Under the pieces are notes generated by a model. The model made no database searches, was not told where the DNA came from, and worked only from the letters and a program-made list of their open reading frames with translations. A stretch of DNA of 64,000 nt from Macrostomum hystrix. Lineage: Eukaryota > Animalia > Platyhelminthes. The position numbers and the translations under genes are program-made. Positions 35,701-47,700 of the stretch are shown here, piece by piece; positions within the stretch are counted from its first letter, which is position 1, and the number at the start of each line of letters is the position of its first letter. The DNA lies in NCBI GenBank assembly GCA_950097015.1, contig CATNEN010000038.1:29760001-29824000 (forward strand), written 5' to 3'.

Positions 35701-38700
35701 AGCCTTGACATTGCTGTCTGAATCAGAGCTGCTGTCATCCTGTTGACAATGGCGCAACAGGTAGGCCGAAGCTCGATCGCACAAGCCGATAGCCAACGAT
35801 TCTTCCCAACTGGGCTTAGCTGGTGAAGCGTGGGATACTATCTGAAATTGCAGCGATCGTAACGACTAAATTTAAACAAAAATTAAAAAAAGAAACGTTA
35901 GCTAAATTATTTTCTAAAAAACTATTATTTTAGTTCATTTCCGTCAATTTTAGAAATCTTTTAAAAAAGTCCATGGACAATTCTGAGAAATGGTAAACGA
36001 ATGGTAAAATACAGTTCTTTGAAAATAATTCTGATATGTCAGTAAATGTCCATGGACAACTCAGAAACGAACTTTGCCTTTGCCCATTGATAATTTAGAT
36101 AAACATTGCAAAATATTTCGTTCGAAAATTTAAAAAATGTCTGTAAAAGTCGATGGACAATTCGGATAATTATCGCTAAATGCGTAGTTTGACACTTCTA
36201 AAAATTAAAATAAATGTCCATAGACAGTTTAGATAAATATTACATAGTGTGCCATTGTACAATTCTGAGAAAATATCTGAAAACTATCCACCGGCAATTG
36301 TATTAAATACAATCGAATGTCCATAGACAATTAGAATTAAATATCGGTGCATGTCTGAGATAGGCAATTCTGAGAAAACGTCGGCCAAAATGTCCGTGGA
36401 CACACTTCGAGAAAAAATCGGCCGATTGTCGAGGCTTCTACCCACTGATAGGAATTAGTTTTCAAATCCAACGTCTAATTCTCACCTGTCTCCTAGCCTT
36501 GGCCAGCTTCTCAATTACCCCGTCAGCGTTGACATCTCGACTGGCGTCATTGGCCAGGGCGGCCGCCGACCAGGCTCTGGCCAGCCCGACGCGCCACGCC
36601 GCGGCAGTTGACGTCGTCGCCGTCAGTCGACCAGCTCCGCCCGACTGTTGACTGCCGACGCAGCAGAATCTGCGCGCCCGGAGTAGGTGAGCCAGGGCTA
36701 CGGATGGTTGCGACTGAATCCGGGCGACATCGGCGAGGGTTAGCAGCTGCTCGCCGGCGAATGCGTTGAAGCTGCGCCTGTTTGCTGACGAATCGTCTGA
36801 AATAGTTTTTGAAACGGTGGAGTGGTAGGTTGGGTAGAGTGATAAAGTAGATTGGTAGGTTTAGCGGAGGGATGAAGTAGATTGGTAGGTAGAGTGATAA
36901 AGTAGACTTGGTGGAGTGGTAGGTTGGGTAGAGTGACTCGGTGGAGTTGTAGGTTGGGTAGAGTGACTCGGTGGAGTGGTAGGTTGGGTAGAGTGACTCC
37001 GTGGAGTTTTAGGTTGAGTAGAGTGACTCGGTGGAGTGGTAGGTTGGGTAGAGTGACTCGGTGGAGTGGTAAGTTGGGTAGAGTGACTCGGTGGAGTGGT
37101 AAGTTGGGTAGAGTGATTCGGTGGAGTGGTAAGTTGGGTAGAGTGACTCGGTGGAGTGGTAAGTTGGGTAGAGTGACTCGGTGGAGTGGTAAGTTGGGTA
37201 GAGTGACTCGGTGGAGTGGTAGGTTGGGTAGAGTGACTCCGTGGCGTTTTAGGTTGGGTAGAGTGACTCCGTGGAGTGGTAGGTTGGGTAGAGTGACTCC
37301 GTGGAGTGGTAGGTTGGGTAGAGTGACTCCGTGGAGTGGTAGGTTGGGTAGAGTGACTCCGTGGAGTGGTAGGTTGGGTAGAGTGACTCCGTGGAGTGGT
37401 AGGTTGGGTAGAGTGACTCCGTGGAGTAACTGGTTCTAAATTGGACCTACCAAGCTGGCCAACAAGCAGCATCTTCTCGGCGCATAGCAACCGCACGGCA
37501 ACGGTTCTCTCCCAGGCGTCGCTGGCGTCGCGAACAGTGTCGGGCCTTCGCTGGCGCCATTTGGCCAGCAAGTCGGTGGCGGAGCTCCTGTCACCGAGTC
37601 GATCGTCCGTCAGCAGGACGAGGCACTCTCGCAGCTCTGTCAGCCGTTGAACGCTGGCCAGATTGGCCGCATGGAACTGGCGCTGCAGAGCCGGCACCGA
37701 GGACAGCTTCTGTAGGCGATGATTTTACGTGTTGAAAAATAGAGCCGATATGTATAGAGAAGTTTTTAAACATGCACTTTTAAGAATTCTGAAATCAAGG
37801 GAGCTTTTTGGACTTTTTGATGAGCAGAAATGAGTGAGATGTTATAAACTGACCGACAGAGTGAAAAATAGTGAATTCTAAGACATCAGACGTTGCCATA
37901 CCTTCAGCACATGATCGAGTGCCAAATCAACATGATACATAGCGTCTCGATGTTTGTCCATTTTGAGCAGCACTGAAGCCAGCGACTCAGCGTGATCAGT
38001 CTGAAATAGATAAAAAATCGAGTATGGCAAATGATATTAGATTGAAAGTAGTAAAAAGTAGTTGACCGTTTTTTACTGGCTATAAGCTGAACAATTAAAC
38101 TCCAGAGATTCTGGAAGCTGGGCTAATTAATCGTGACAGCAATTGGGTGAGAGTCTTCTGTTGGAGAGATGGTCGAGAAATGCCATAGACTTTCGGATTA
38201 TTAAGTTAAAAGTTGTTTCAGTCGAGAAATGCCATAGACAATAAACGATGTCAGTGGGTAAGACACGGTTTTAAGATTCCTAGTTTCAGTCGAGAAATGC
38301 CATAGACTATAAACGATGTCAGTGGGTAAGACACGGTTATAAGATTCCTAGTTTCAGTCGATAAATGCCATAGACTATAAACGATGTCAGTGGTTAGACA
38401 CGGTTTTAAGATTCCTAGTTTCAGTCGAGAAATGCCATAGACTATAAACAATGTCAGTGGTTAGACACGGTTTTAAGATTCCTAGTTTCAGTCGAGAAAT
38501 GCCATAGACTATAAGCGATGTCAGTGGGAAAGACATGGTTATAAGATTCCTAGTTTCAGTCGAGAAATGCCATAGACTATAAGCGATGTCAGTGGGTAAG
38601 ACACGGTTTTCAGATTCCTAGTTTCAGCTGAGAAATGCCATAGACAATAAACGATGTCAGTGGTTAGACACGTTATAAGATTCCTAGTTTCAGATGAGAA

Positions 38701-41700
38701 ATGCCATAGACAATAAACGATGTCAGTGGTTAGACACGGTTTAAGATTCCTAGTTTCAGTCGAGAAATGCCATAGACTATAAGCGATGTCAGTGGGAAAG
38801 ACATGGTTATAAGATTCCTAGTTTCAGTCGAGAAATGCCATAGACAATAAGCGATGTCAGTGGGAAAGACACATTAAATAGAATTAATTTCTGAAATAAG
38901 TCACGCGTGCTACCAACCCGCAATAAATCTCTATGAAACTCATTATCCTGCGATAGGCGTAGAAATTTGAGAAAGTCCTCAGTAGAATTGGCGGCATTGT
39001 TCGATTCGTCGCATAATTGACGCGCGGAGGCCAGCATGTAGAATGGGAGAGAATCCTAGAGAGGCGGAGCGATGAGAATCGTTTATAATCTCAACTAATA
39101 AACTTGCTATTGTAAATTAAAATTAATACTTCTAGCATACCAGAGAAGCAGATTTAGTCAAATCGATAACAGATGAATCATTCGCCCTCGCCGTTAGCTC
39201 TCGACGGGAAAGTTCGCCCAGACGTGGCCAATCAGCTAGGCGAGCCAAACAGTCGAGCCTAGCTAGACGGCACACATTGTCTAAATCGACTCTCGCCGAA
39301 GAACCGGCCGTATTTTGATCTTGTTCCTCGCCGTCGCTTTTGCCGAATAATTGGTCGAATTTTTCTAGGGCTAAGTGAAAGTCGCCGCTAAGGCAACAGT
39401 CCAAAGCGTAGAGTAGATCTTCGTCTCTATCGGCAGCCTCGCCGTGGCATTGGCGCAGCGCCCCCAGCTGCTGATCCGACTCGCCCATATCCCGGTAGAG
39501 GCTGGCCAATGCTAGCCAGTAGGCCTTGTCATTGGCATTGTCGTCATTACTATTGGCAGAATCCGCTGCAGAATCTGCTTCGTCTATTTCCATAGTCTAC
39601 AAGATAATAAAGGAAAAGCGATGGGCTATTTTATCAAATTTGCTTAGTAACTTAGTAACTAGGGACGTCGTAGCCTAGCGTCGGACTCACGAACTGAAGG
39701 TCCGGGGTTTGATTCCCGAATCTACTAAAACAAATTGTATCCATTAGCAAGACACTTAACTCTGTATTGCTTGAGTTCACCCAGCTGTTAAATGAGTACC
39801 AGCATTAGCTGGTGCAATTTAGTGAGGGTGGCGTCCTCCAAGTCCATGGACTCAACATCTTTACGCAGCCTTCAGATGCGCCGCGCAATAGCTGCGGCAG
39901 TGCTGTCAGCTGCTCGTGTACCTGGGTTGCTCCTAAAGTACATCGTGCCTATTTACTTTCACTTATGACTCGTATTTTTTTAGCTGGCAGCCTGCCTGTC
40001 CTAAAATTCTCTCTATATGTACACGTTACGTATAAGTGACGTCAATGCTATTTTTAGCAGCATCTACCTTGACGTTCCTTGTTCATATGACGTCAGTTTC
40101 TATAAATAGAAACTCACGAGGCCACAGGCATTTGTAACGCAGTCAGACGTACACAGGCTATGTAAATCAGTGCGCGACTACGCAAAACAAACGTGAGTGT
40201 GTGTTCAGGGATCAGCAGAGTCGGCTGAGGGCCTACTTCTGCTCAAGTGGTTATGAGTTCGAATCTTTTAGACTGTCAAACTGTCGCAGACACTCAAAAC
40301 AAACCTCGAGCTGTCTAGCGGCATCTGTGCGTCGACGTTTCGGCGCAGGCGGCTGTCGATCTGACGTCTTATCGGCAGCCTGACCACGCGCTTTCCTTCG
40401 CTGCTGCTGCTGCTGATGGCTCGTTTTGGGTCGCAGCCAAGAGTGCAACAGTTCCAAGGCCAGTGAGCCGAGAGACGGCAGATGAGCGGCGGCCGCTGCG
40501 GCTGCCAGTCTGCCATAGTCGGCTGGTCGAATGACAACGACTAGGCTGTCGGTGTTGGACGTCGATGCTCCTCCTGCTGCTGCCGCTGAGGCCAGTGAGC
40601 AAAGTGAATCCAGAGCGCATCCTATGAGAGCGGGATCGGAGCCAGTAGAATTCTTCATAGCTGCAGCAGCCAGACCGTCGGAATGGTGCAAACTGGCTGC
40701 TGACAGGAGAACGCCAAGCCAAGCGACGGCGAGACGGCGACACATGTCCGAGGCGTCGTCTTCGGATAGCGCTGTGGCCGCCCAGTCCACCATTGACTGA
40801 GATAGCTGGCATTTTTTATAATTGTTGGGTATCGGGATGTAATGTGAAAATTGTATAACACTGACTCACTTGACTGACCAAATTAAAAGAGACAGACAGA
40901 CACCTAGAACAGACAGACGGACACCTAGAACAGAGAGACACCTATAACAGACACACAGACACCTAGAACAGACAGACAGACATCTAGAACAGAAAGACAG
41001 ACACCCAGAACAGACAGACACCTAGAACAGACAGACAGACACCTAGAACAGACAGACACATAGAACAGACAGACACCTAGAACAGACAGACAGACACCTA
41101 GAACAGACAGACAGACAACTAGAACAGACAGACAGTCACCTAGAACAGACAGACAGTCACCTAGAACAGACAGACACCTAGAACAGACAGACAGACACCT
41201 AGAACAGACAGACAGACACCTAGAACAGACAGACAGTCACCTAGAACAGACAGACAGACATCTAGAACAGACAGACAGACACCTAGAACAGACAGACAGT
41301 CACCTAGAACAGACAGACTGATGCAAAGGCCCACCTGAGCGCACAGCAATCTGCCAAAGCAGCGGTCCCTCTGTGCAAGGCCGACAATAGTAGAGACCAA
41401 TGCGCCCTGTTCAATCTGAACATCGGGCAAGTCGCCGACACGATAGCGACGTCGAAGTGTCACTCGATGCTCGCGTCTCGCAGCTGCTTCGGCGGCTTCG
41501 CGCGCTTTTCGACGATGTCGCTCGACGCCAGCCTGAGCGAAGGCCGAGTAGCTGCCGCTGCTAGAAGAGGACGATGACGACGACGTTGACGAAGAAGCAT
41601 CAGCTGAGCCAGCTGCGGCTGTTTCCTGCTGCTGCTGCTGCTGCTGCTGTTGACGAAGCATTCGACGCCGAAGTCGGCGAAGCTGAGCGGCCTGAGCGGC

Positions 41701-44700
41701 CATCTGAGGATTGGCATCCGAGCCGAGGGCCGTGTGGTAGCCGGCTAGGCCGCCTGCGGCCGACACTTCTAAACCGCCGACGCCTTTCGAGCGAAACAGC
41801 AGCGAAGTTGACGAAGCTGTCAGGGACGACGAGTGAATGTCCTGCAGTTTCGGAGGTAGAGAGGATTAAAGAGGCTCAAAATTTTAAAAAGGTCCAAGAG
41901 TTTAAAACTTTGCTTTATAATTGTCTGTAATTTACAGTCTGTCAGGAATTTACAGACAGTTTGTCAGGAGTTCTGTTTGTCATAAATTTATAGTCTGTCA
42001 GGAATTCATAGTCTGTCAGGAATTTACAGTCTGTCAGGAATTTACAGTCTGTCAGGAATTTACAGTCTGTCAGTAATTTATAGTCTGTCAGGAATTTACA
42101 GTCTGTCAGGAATCTACGGACAGTCTGTCAGGAGTTCTGTCTGTCAGGAATTTATAGTCTGTCAGGAATTTCCAGTCTGTCAGTAATTTATAGTCTGTCA
42201 GGAATTTACAGTCTGTCAGGAATCTACCGTCAGTCTGTCAGGAGTTCTGTCTGTCAGGAATTTATAGTCTGTCAGGAATTTACAGTCTGTCAGGAAGTTA
42301 CAGACAGTCTGTCATGAATGACAATCATAATGACAATCTGTCAGGAAATCTGACATAGCCTTAAGTCGTTACAAACCTGAGTATCTATAAACAGGCTGCT
42401 AGCGACTGTGCCGCCAGGCATCTGCGTAGCTTCAAACATTCCGGGACCAACTGCTGTAGCTCTCAAGGGTAGCATTGTGGCCGCCGTGGCGTCCATACCA
42501 ACCACTGACGCATCGGCAAGTAGGCGTCGTTGGGAAGCGTCGACATCGCGCTGCTGCTGAGTTTCCAGGAACAGTGGCGTCATAAGGCCACCGTGCCGGC
42601 GCCTCCAGTCGGCATCAATGCGGAACTCCTTGAACGGACAATCGGCCAGGGGTCGGTCGAACATTGGCAGACGAAAATCTGGCGTAGCCGCGCAAGAATC
42701 TAATTGAACGGCAGAGCAGAACGCCGGAAGAGCGGCCGAAGTGATGGCTTTGACAGCGGAAAAATTCTCGTCAGTCTGTTCGTCGGCTGGGTTGCCATGA
42801 CAACGCGATAATAGAGTCAACCAACGAGCGGCAGCCTCAGACGGTAGGCCAGAGTTGTGAGACCAGAACGCTAATAAATATGTGCGATTCGATTCCGCCG
42901 CGTCGATTAAGCCGGCTAATAGGGGCGGACCGCACAGATCCGGATGAGTCGGATACCACGTGACTAGCAGCTCGTAGGCTTGGCGACGGACCTGAGAGAG
43001 CGGAGAGGCTTTAGTTTGTAATTGGGTGTCCAAAAAAGTAGATCGATTTTGATTGGTGAGCCGAGGTGTACACAAGAGGAGATCGATTTTGATTGGTCGA
43101 GCCGAGGTGTACACAGAAGGAGATTGATTTTTATTGGTCGAGCTTTTGGTGTACAGGGAAGGAGACCGATTTTGATTGGCAATAAATAAGTTGTACACTG
43201 GATGAGATTGATTTTAATTAGTCCGGCCGAGGTGTACCCAATAGTAGATCAATTTTGATTGGTCGAGCCGAGGTGTACATCGAAGATTGATTTTAATTGG
43301 TCAAGCTTAGGAGTACACTGTTGGGAGAGTATGATTTGTCAGGACAGTACACTCTAGAGATAAATCCATTCTGATTGGTTCGGTAAAAACGTACACAGAA
43401 AGAGATCAATTTTGATTGGACAGGCTGGGATGTACACGTGAGTGGATCGATTTTAAGTGGTCAAGGTGGGGAGGACCATGAAATAAAACTTAAACAGACC
43501 TTCGGCGATGACAGAGACGCCAAGCCACTGCTGCCGGTTCCGTTGGAAGCCATGCACAAATCCCTAATAGCCGACAGCAGCCAGATGCGTTGTTGCATTG
43601 TTTCTTCAACTGTAGAAGAACCGGGGCTGAGCACCCGCTGCTGCTGCTGCTGCAACAGAAGCAGCAGTCTCTGGCAAAGCTCTAGAGCTGCTAGCGGGAT
43701 TCTAGACTCGGCGTCAACGCTGCCAGATCCGCCCAGAGACGAAAATGAGTACAGATTGTTAAGCGTGCTAAATAGGCCGCGCTCTCGCAGCTCGCCAACA
43801 GGGTTGGGCCATAGACAGTCCGTATCGGCGGCCGCAGCTGCGGCTGCGGCAGTGGCGGCCGCCTTTAAACAGACCAAGCAATCTGCTAGGGAGTCGCCAG
43901 TTAGGTTGGGCAATTTGAATAGCAGGCTCTGACGAAAATTCACGCCGGCCAAGCGGGGACAACAGTTGCAGGCCAATGAGAGCGCATGCAGGCCGTGAGC
44001 TGGCCTGGTTGTCAGCAGCTTGCCAAGCTGCTCAGCTACCTGATTGTAGAATGGCGACCTGAGAGGTGGCGAGACATAAAGGATTTTGAGAGTCTGATAA
44101 TTTCTGTCTCAGAAGATCACTACACAACTCTAGTATCCCATTAGCAACTCTAGTATCCCATTAGCAACTCCAGTATCCCATTAGCCACTCCAGTATCCCA
44201 TTAGCCACTCCAGTATCCCATTAGCAACTCCAGTATCCCATTAGCAACTCTAGTATCCCATTAGCCACTCTAGTACCCCAATAGCAACTCTAGTATCCCA
44301 TTAGCCAGTCTAGTATCCCATTAGCCACCCCAGAGTCTCATTGTGGACTTACGCGACATTGGCGGCAGCCATCTGACCGAGGCACAGGCCGGCCACCTCA
44401 GCGCACGGAGCAAACACCTCCTTTTTAGGATGCGTCAGTAGGCGAGCCAGAGCTGCTAGCATCGATTGGCTGTCAACGCCGGCCGAGGTGTCGTCATTTT
44501 TCAAATACGGCAGCGCATTGGACAAGTAGGCGCCGTACAGAGACAGCCCGGCTGCCGCAGCCAATGGAGTCTCAGCCTGCTGCAGTAGGTCAAATATGCG
44601 CCTGAAATGAAAATAGTTGAATTAGAAAATAGAAAATAGAAAATAGAAAACAACAAAAATATCTCACCTTCGTATGAATAATAACCAGTTTACCTGATTA

Positions 44701-47700
44701 TCAATTTATCTACCACTCTACTTCCCACCTTATCTACCACCCTACTTCTCGCCTTATCTACCACCCTACTTCTCGCCTTATCTAACACGACACTTCTCAC
44801 CTTATCTACCACTCTACTTCTCCTAAAATCTCACATTCTACTTCTCGCCTTATCTCCCCCCAGCAGCTGCTCACCTGTAGGGCACGCGGCTGATCCTGCT
44901 CCTCCAGCTGGCGATGAGGGCCTCCAACAGTCGCAGGTTGTTCTTTAAAATGCGTCTCTCAGGATTGTAGCACAGACCAGTCAGCTTGTCAATCAGCCTC
45001 TCAACTAAGTCGCGATCGCCTAAATCGTCCTGGAGCAGGGAAAGAGAGGTTAAAATAATTGCAGGAGGGCTGTGGGCAATGGCACATCATTTAGTGGCAG
45101 CGAGAAGGCAATTCTGCCCATTTCGCTGACTCCTGAGCACACACGCACACAGATGCTGTACGCAGGCACACACACAGGTGTGTACATCTGCCCTGACTTT
45201 TTCATCGTCAGGTAGTGTACACTCTCACTGTGCCATGTGCAGTAAATTGCATGACAAGCCCCCAAGCCTTCTCTCCGCGGCTGCGCCCCTAAATGAATGT
45301 GGCCTCGCCGCGGAATCGAGCTTAGGGACCTTGGTGCGAGAGGCAAAAGCGTTAGAACACCCCATCATAAAGAGGCAATATAACAAAAGCAAAAGGTTAA
45401 AAAAGACAAGCTGATAAACATCTCAAGCTGCACTTAGAGATGAAAACAACAACAAATGATTTTGAGGAATAGGATTAGTGGGTGGGGATCTAACAAAGGA
45501 GTTTTCACGAAGATAATGATTTTTAAACGGGTAACTAAAAAAATTTTCTTGAAGAAGACTATTTAATTTGAAAAAGATACAGATCGGAGAAACGGGATTT
45601 GAGGGACATAAGTATCAGAGAAAGGGGATCTGAAGAAGATAAGAATCTAAGAAAGGGGATTTGAGAAAGATAGGAATCTGAGAAAGGGGATTTGAGAAAG
45701 ATAAGAATCTAAGAAAGGGGATTTGAGAAAGATAAGAATCTAAGAAAGGGGATTTGAGAAAGATAGGAATCTAAGAAAGGGGATTTGAGAAAGATAGGAA
45801 TCTAAGAAAGGGGATTTGAGAAAGATATGAATCTAAGAAAGGGGATTTGAGAAAGATAGGAATCTAAGAAAGGGGATTTGAGAAAGATAGGAATCTAAGA
45901 AAGGGGATTTGAGAAAGATAGGAATCTAAGAAAGGGGATTTGAGAAAGATAAGAATCTAAGAAAGGGGATTTGAGAAAGATAGGAATCTAAGAAAGGGGA
46001 TTTGAGAAAGATAGGAATCTAAGAAAGGGGATTTGAGAAAGATAGGAATCTAAGAAAGGGGATTTGAGAAAGATAAGAATCTAAGAAAGGGGATTTGAGA
46101 AAGATAGGAATCTAAGAAAGGGGATTTGAGAAAGATATGAATCTAAGAAAGGGGATTTGAGAAAGATAGGAATCTAAGAAAGGGGATTTGAGAAAGATAG
46201 GAATCTAAGAAAGGGGATTTGAGAAAGATAGGAATCTAAGAAAGGGGATTTGAGAAAGATAGGAATCTAAGAAAGGGGATTTGAGAAAGATAAGAATCTG
46301 AGAAAGGGGATTTGAGAAAGATAAGAATCTAAGAAAGGGGATTTGAGAAAGATAGGAATCTAAGAAAGGGGATTTGAGAAAGTAAGGAATCTAAGAAAGG
46401 GGATTTGAGAAAGATAGGAATCTAAGAAAGGGGATTTGAGAAAGATAAGAATCTAAGAAAGGGGATTTGAGAAAGATAAGAATCTAAGAAAGGGGATTTG
46501 AGAAAGATAGGAATCTAAGAAAGGGGATTTGAGAAAGATAGGAATCTAAGAAAGGGGATTTGAGAAAGATAGGAATCTAAGAAAGGGGATTTGAGAAAGA
46601 TAAGAATCTAAGAAAGGGGATTTGAGAAAGATAAGAATCTAAGAAAGGGGATTTGAGAAAGATATGAATCTAAGAAAGGGGATTTGAGAAAGATAGGAAT
46701 CTAAGAAAGGGGATTTGAGAAAGATAGGAATCTAAGAAAGGGGATTTGAGAAAGATAGGAATCTAAGAAAGGGGATTTGAGAAAGATAAGAATCTGAGAA
46801 AGGGGATTTGAGAAAGATAAGAATCTAAGAATGGGGATTTGAGAAAGATAAGAATCTAAGAAAGGGGATTTGAGAAAGATAGGAATCTAAGAAAGGGGAT
46901 TTGAGAAAGATAGGAATCTAAGAAAGGGGATTTGAGAAAGATAGGAATCTAAGAAAGGGGATTTGAGAAAGATAAGAATCTGAGAAAGGGGATTTGAGAA
47001 AGATAAGAATCTAAGAATGGGGATTTGAGAAAGATAAGAATCTAAGAAAGGGGATTTGAGAAAGATAGGAATCTAAGAAAGGGGATTTGAGAAAGATAGG
47101 AATCTTAGAAAGGGGATTTGAGAAATATCAGGGTCTGAGAAAGGTGATTTGAAGAAGATACGAATCTGAGAAAGGGGATTAAAAGAAGATGTGAGTCTGA
47201 GAAAGGGGATTTGAGGAATATAAGGATCTGAGAAAGGGGATTTTCGGTGGACTGTGATTTTGACAGCGAATGTAGAAAGATTTTTTAAGGGATTCAAGTT
47301 CTCGCCTCTGGAATGGCCGTACCAGACCAGGCTACGCAATAGTACACAATGTCCACCAGTAGGGTGTGGAATCCTGGTCCGCCGTTTCGTTCAGCCAGAA
47401 CGAACTGGCACAAAACACGCAGCCAAAAGTGCGCATAGGGTCGAAAGATCTCCTGACAATTAATGACCAGCTTGACTAGAAATATTCTAACATTCGGATG
47501 CGTCTCAGTAGACTGATTGGCGTTGAGCTTCTGTAAAATATTCTGCATCCATTTGGGCATCTGGCTGGGTTTGACTCCGTCCGGCAGTTGCGGTATAAGA
47601 CCGATTTGTTTCATGTGCCTCAGCAGAGCTACTAGAGTAGGCATGCACGGATGCTCGTTGACACAGTCCGACTCAAGCTCAACCAGGTAGCGAAGATGCT

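Noticed and set aside
38215-38872. Regularly spaced repeats resembling a CRISPR array
   Set aside because: Whole units are repeated with no unique spacers; eukaryotic intron; no cas genes.
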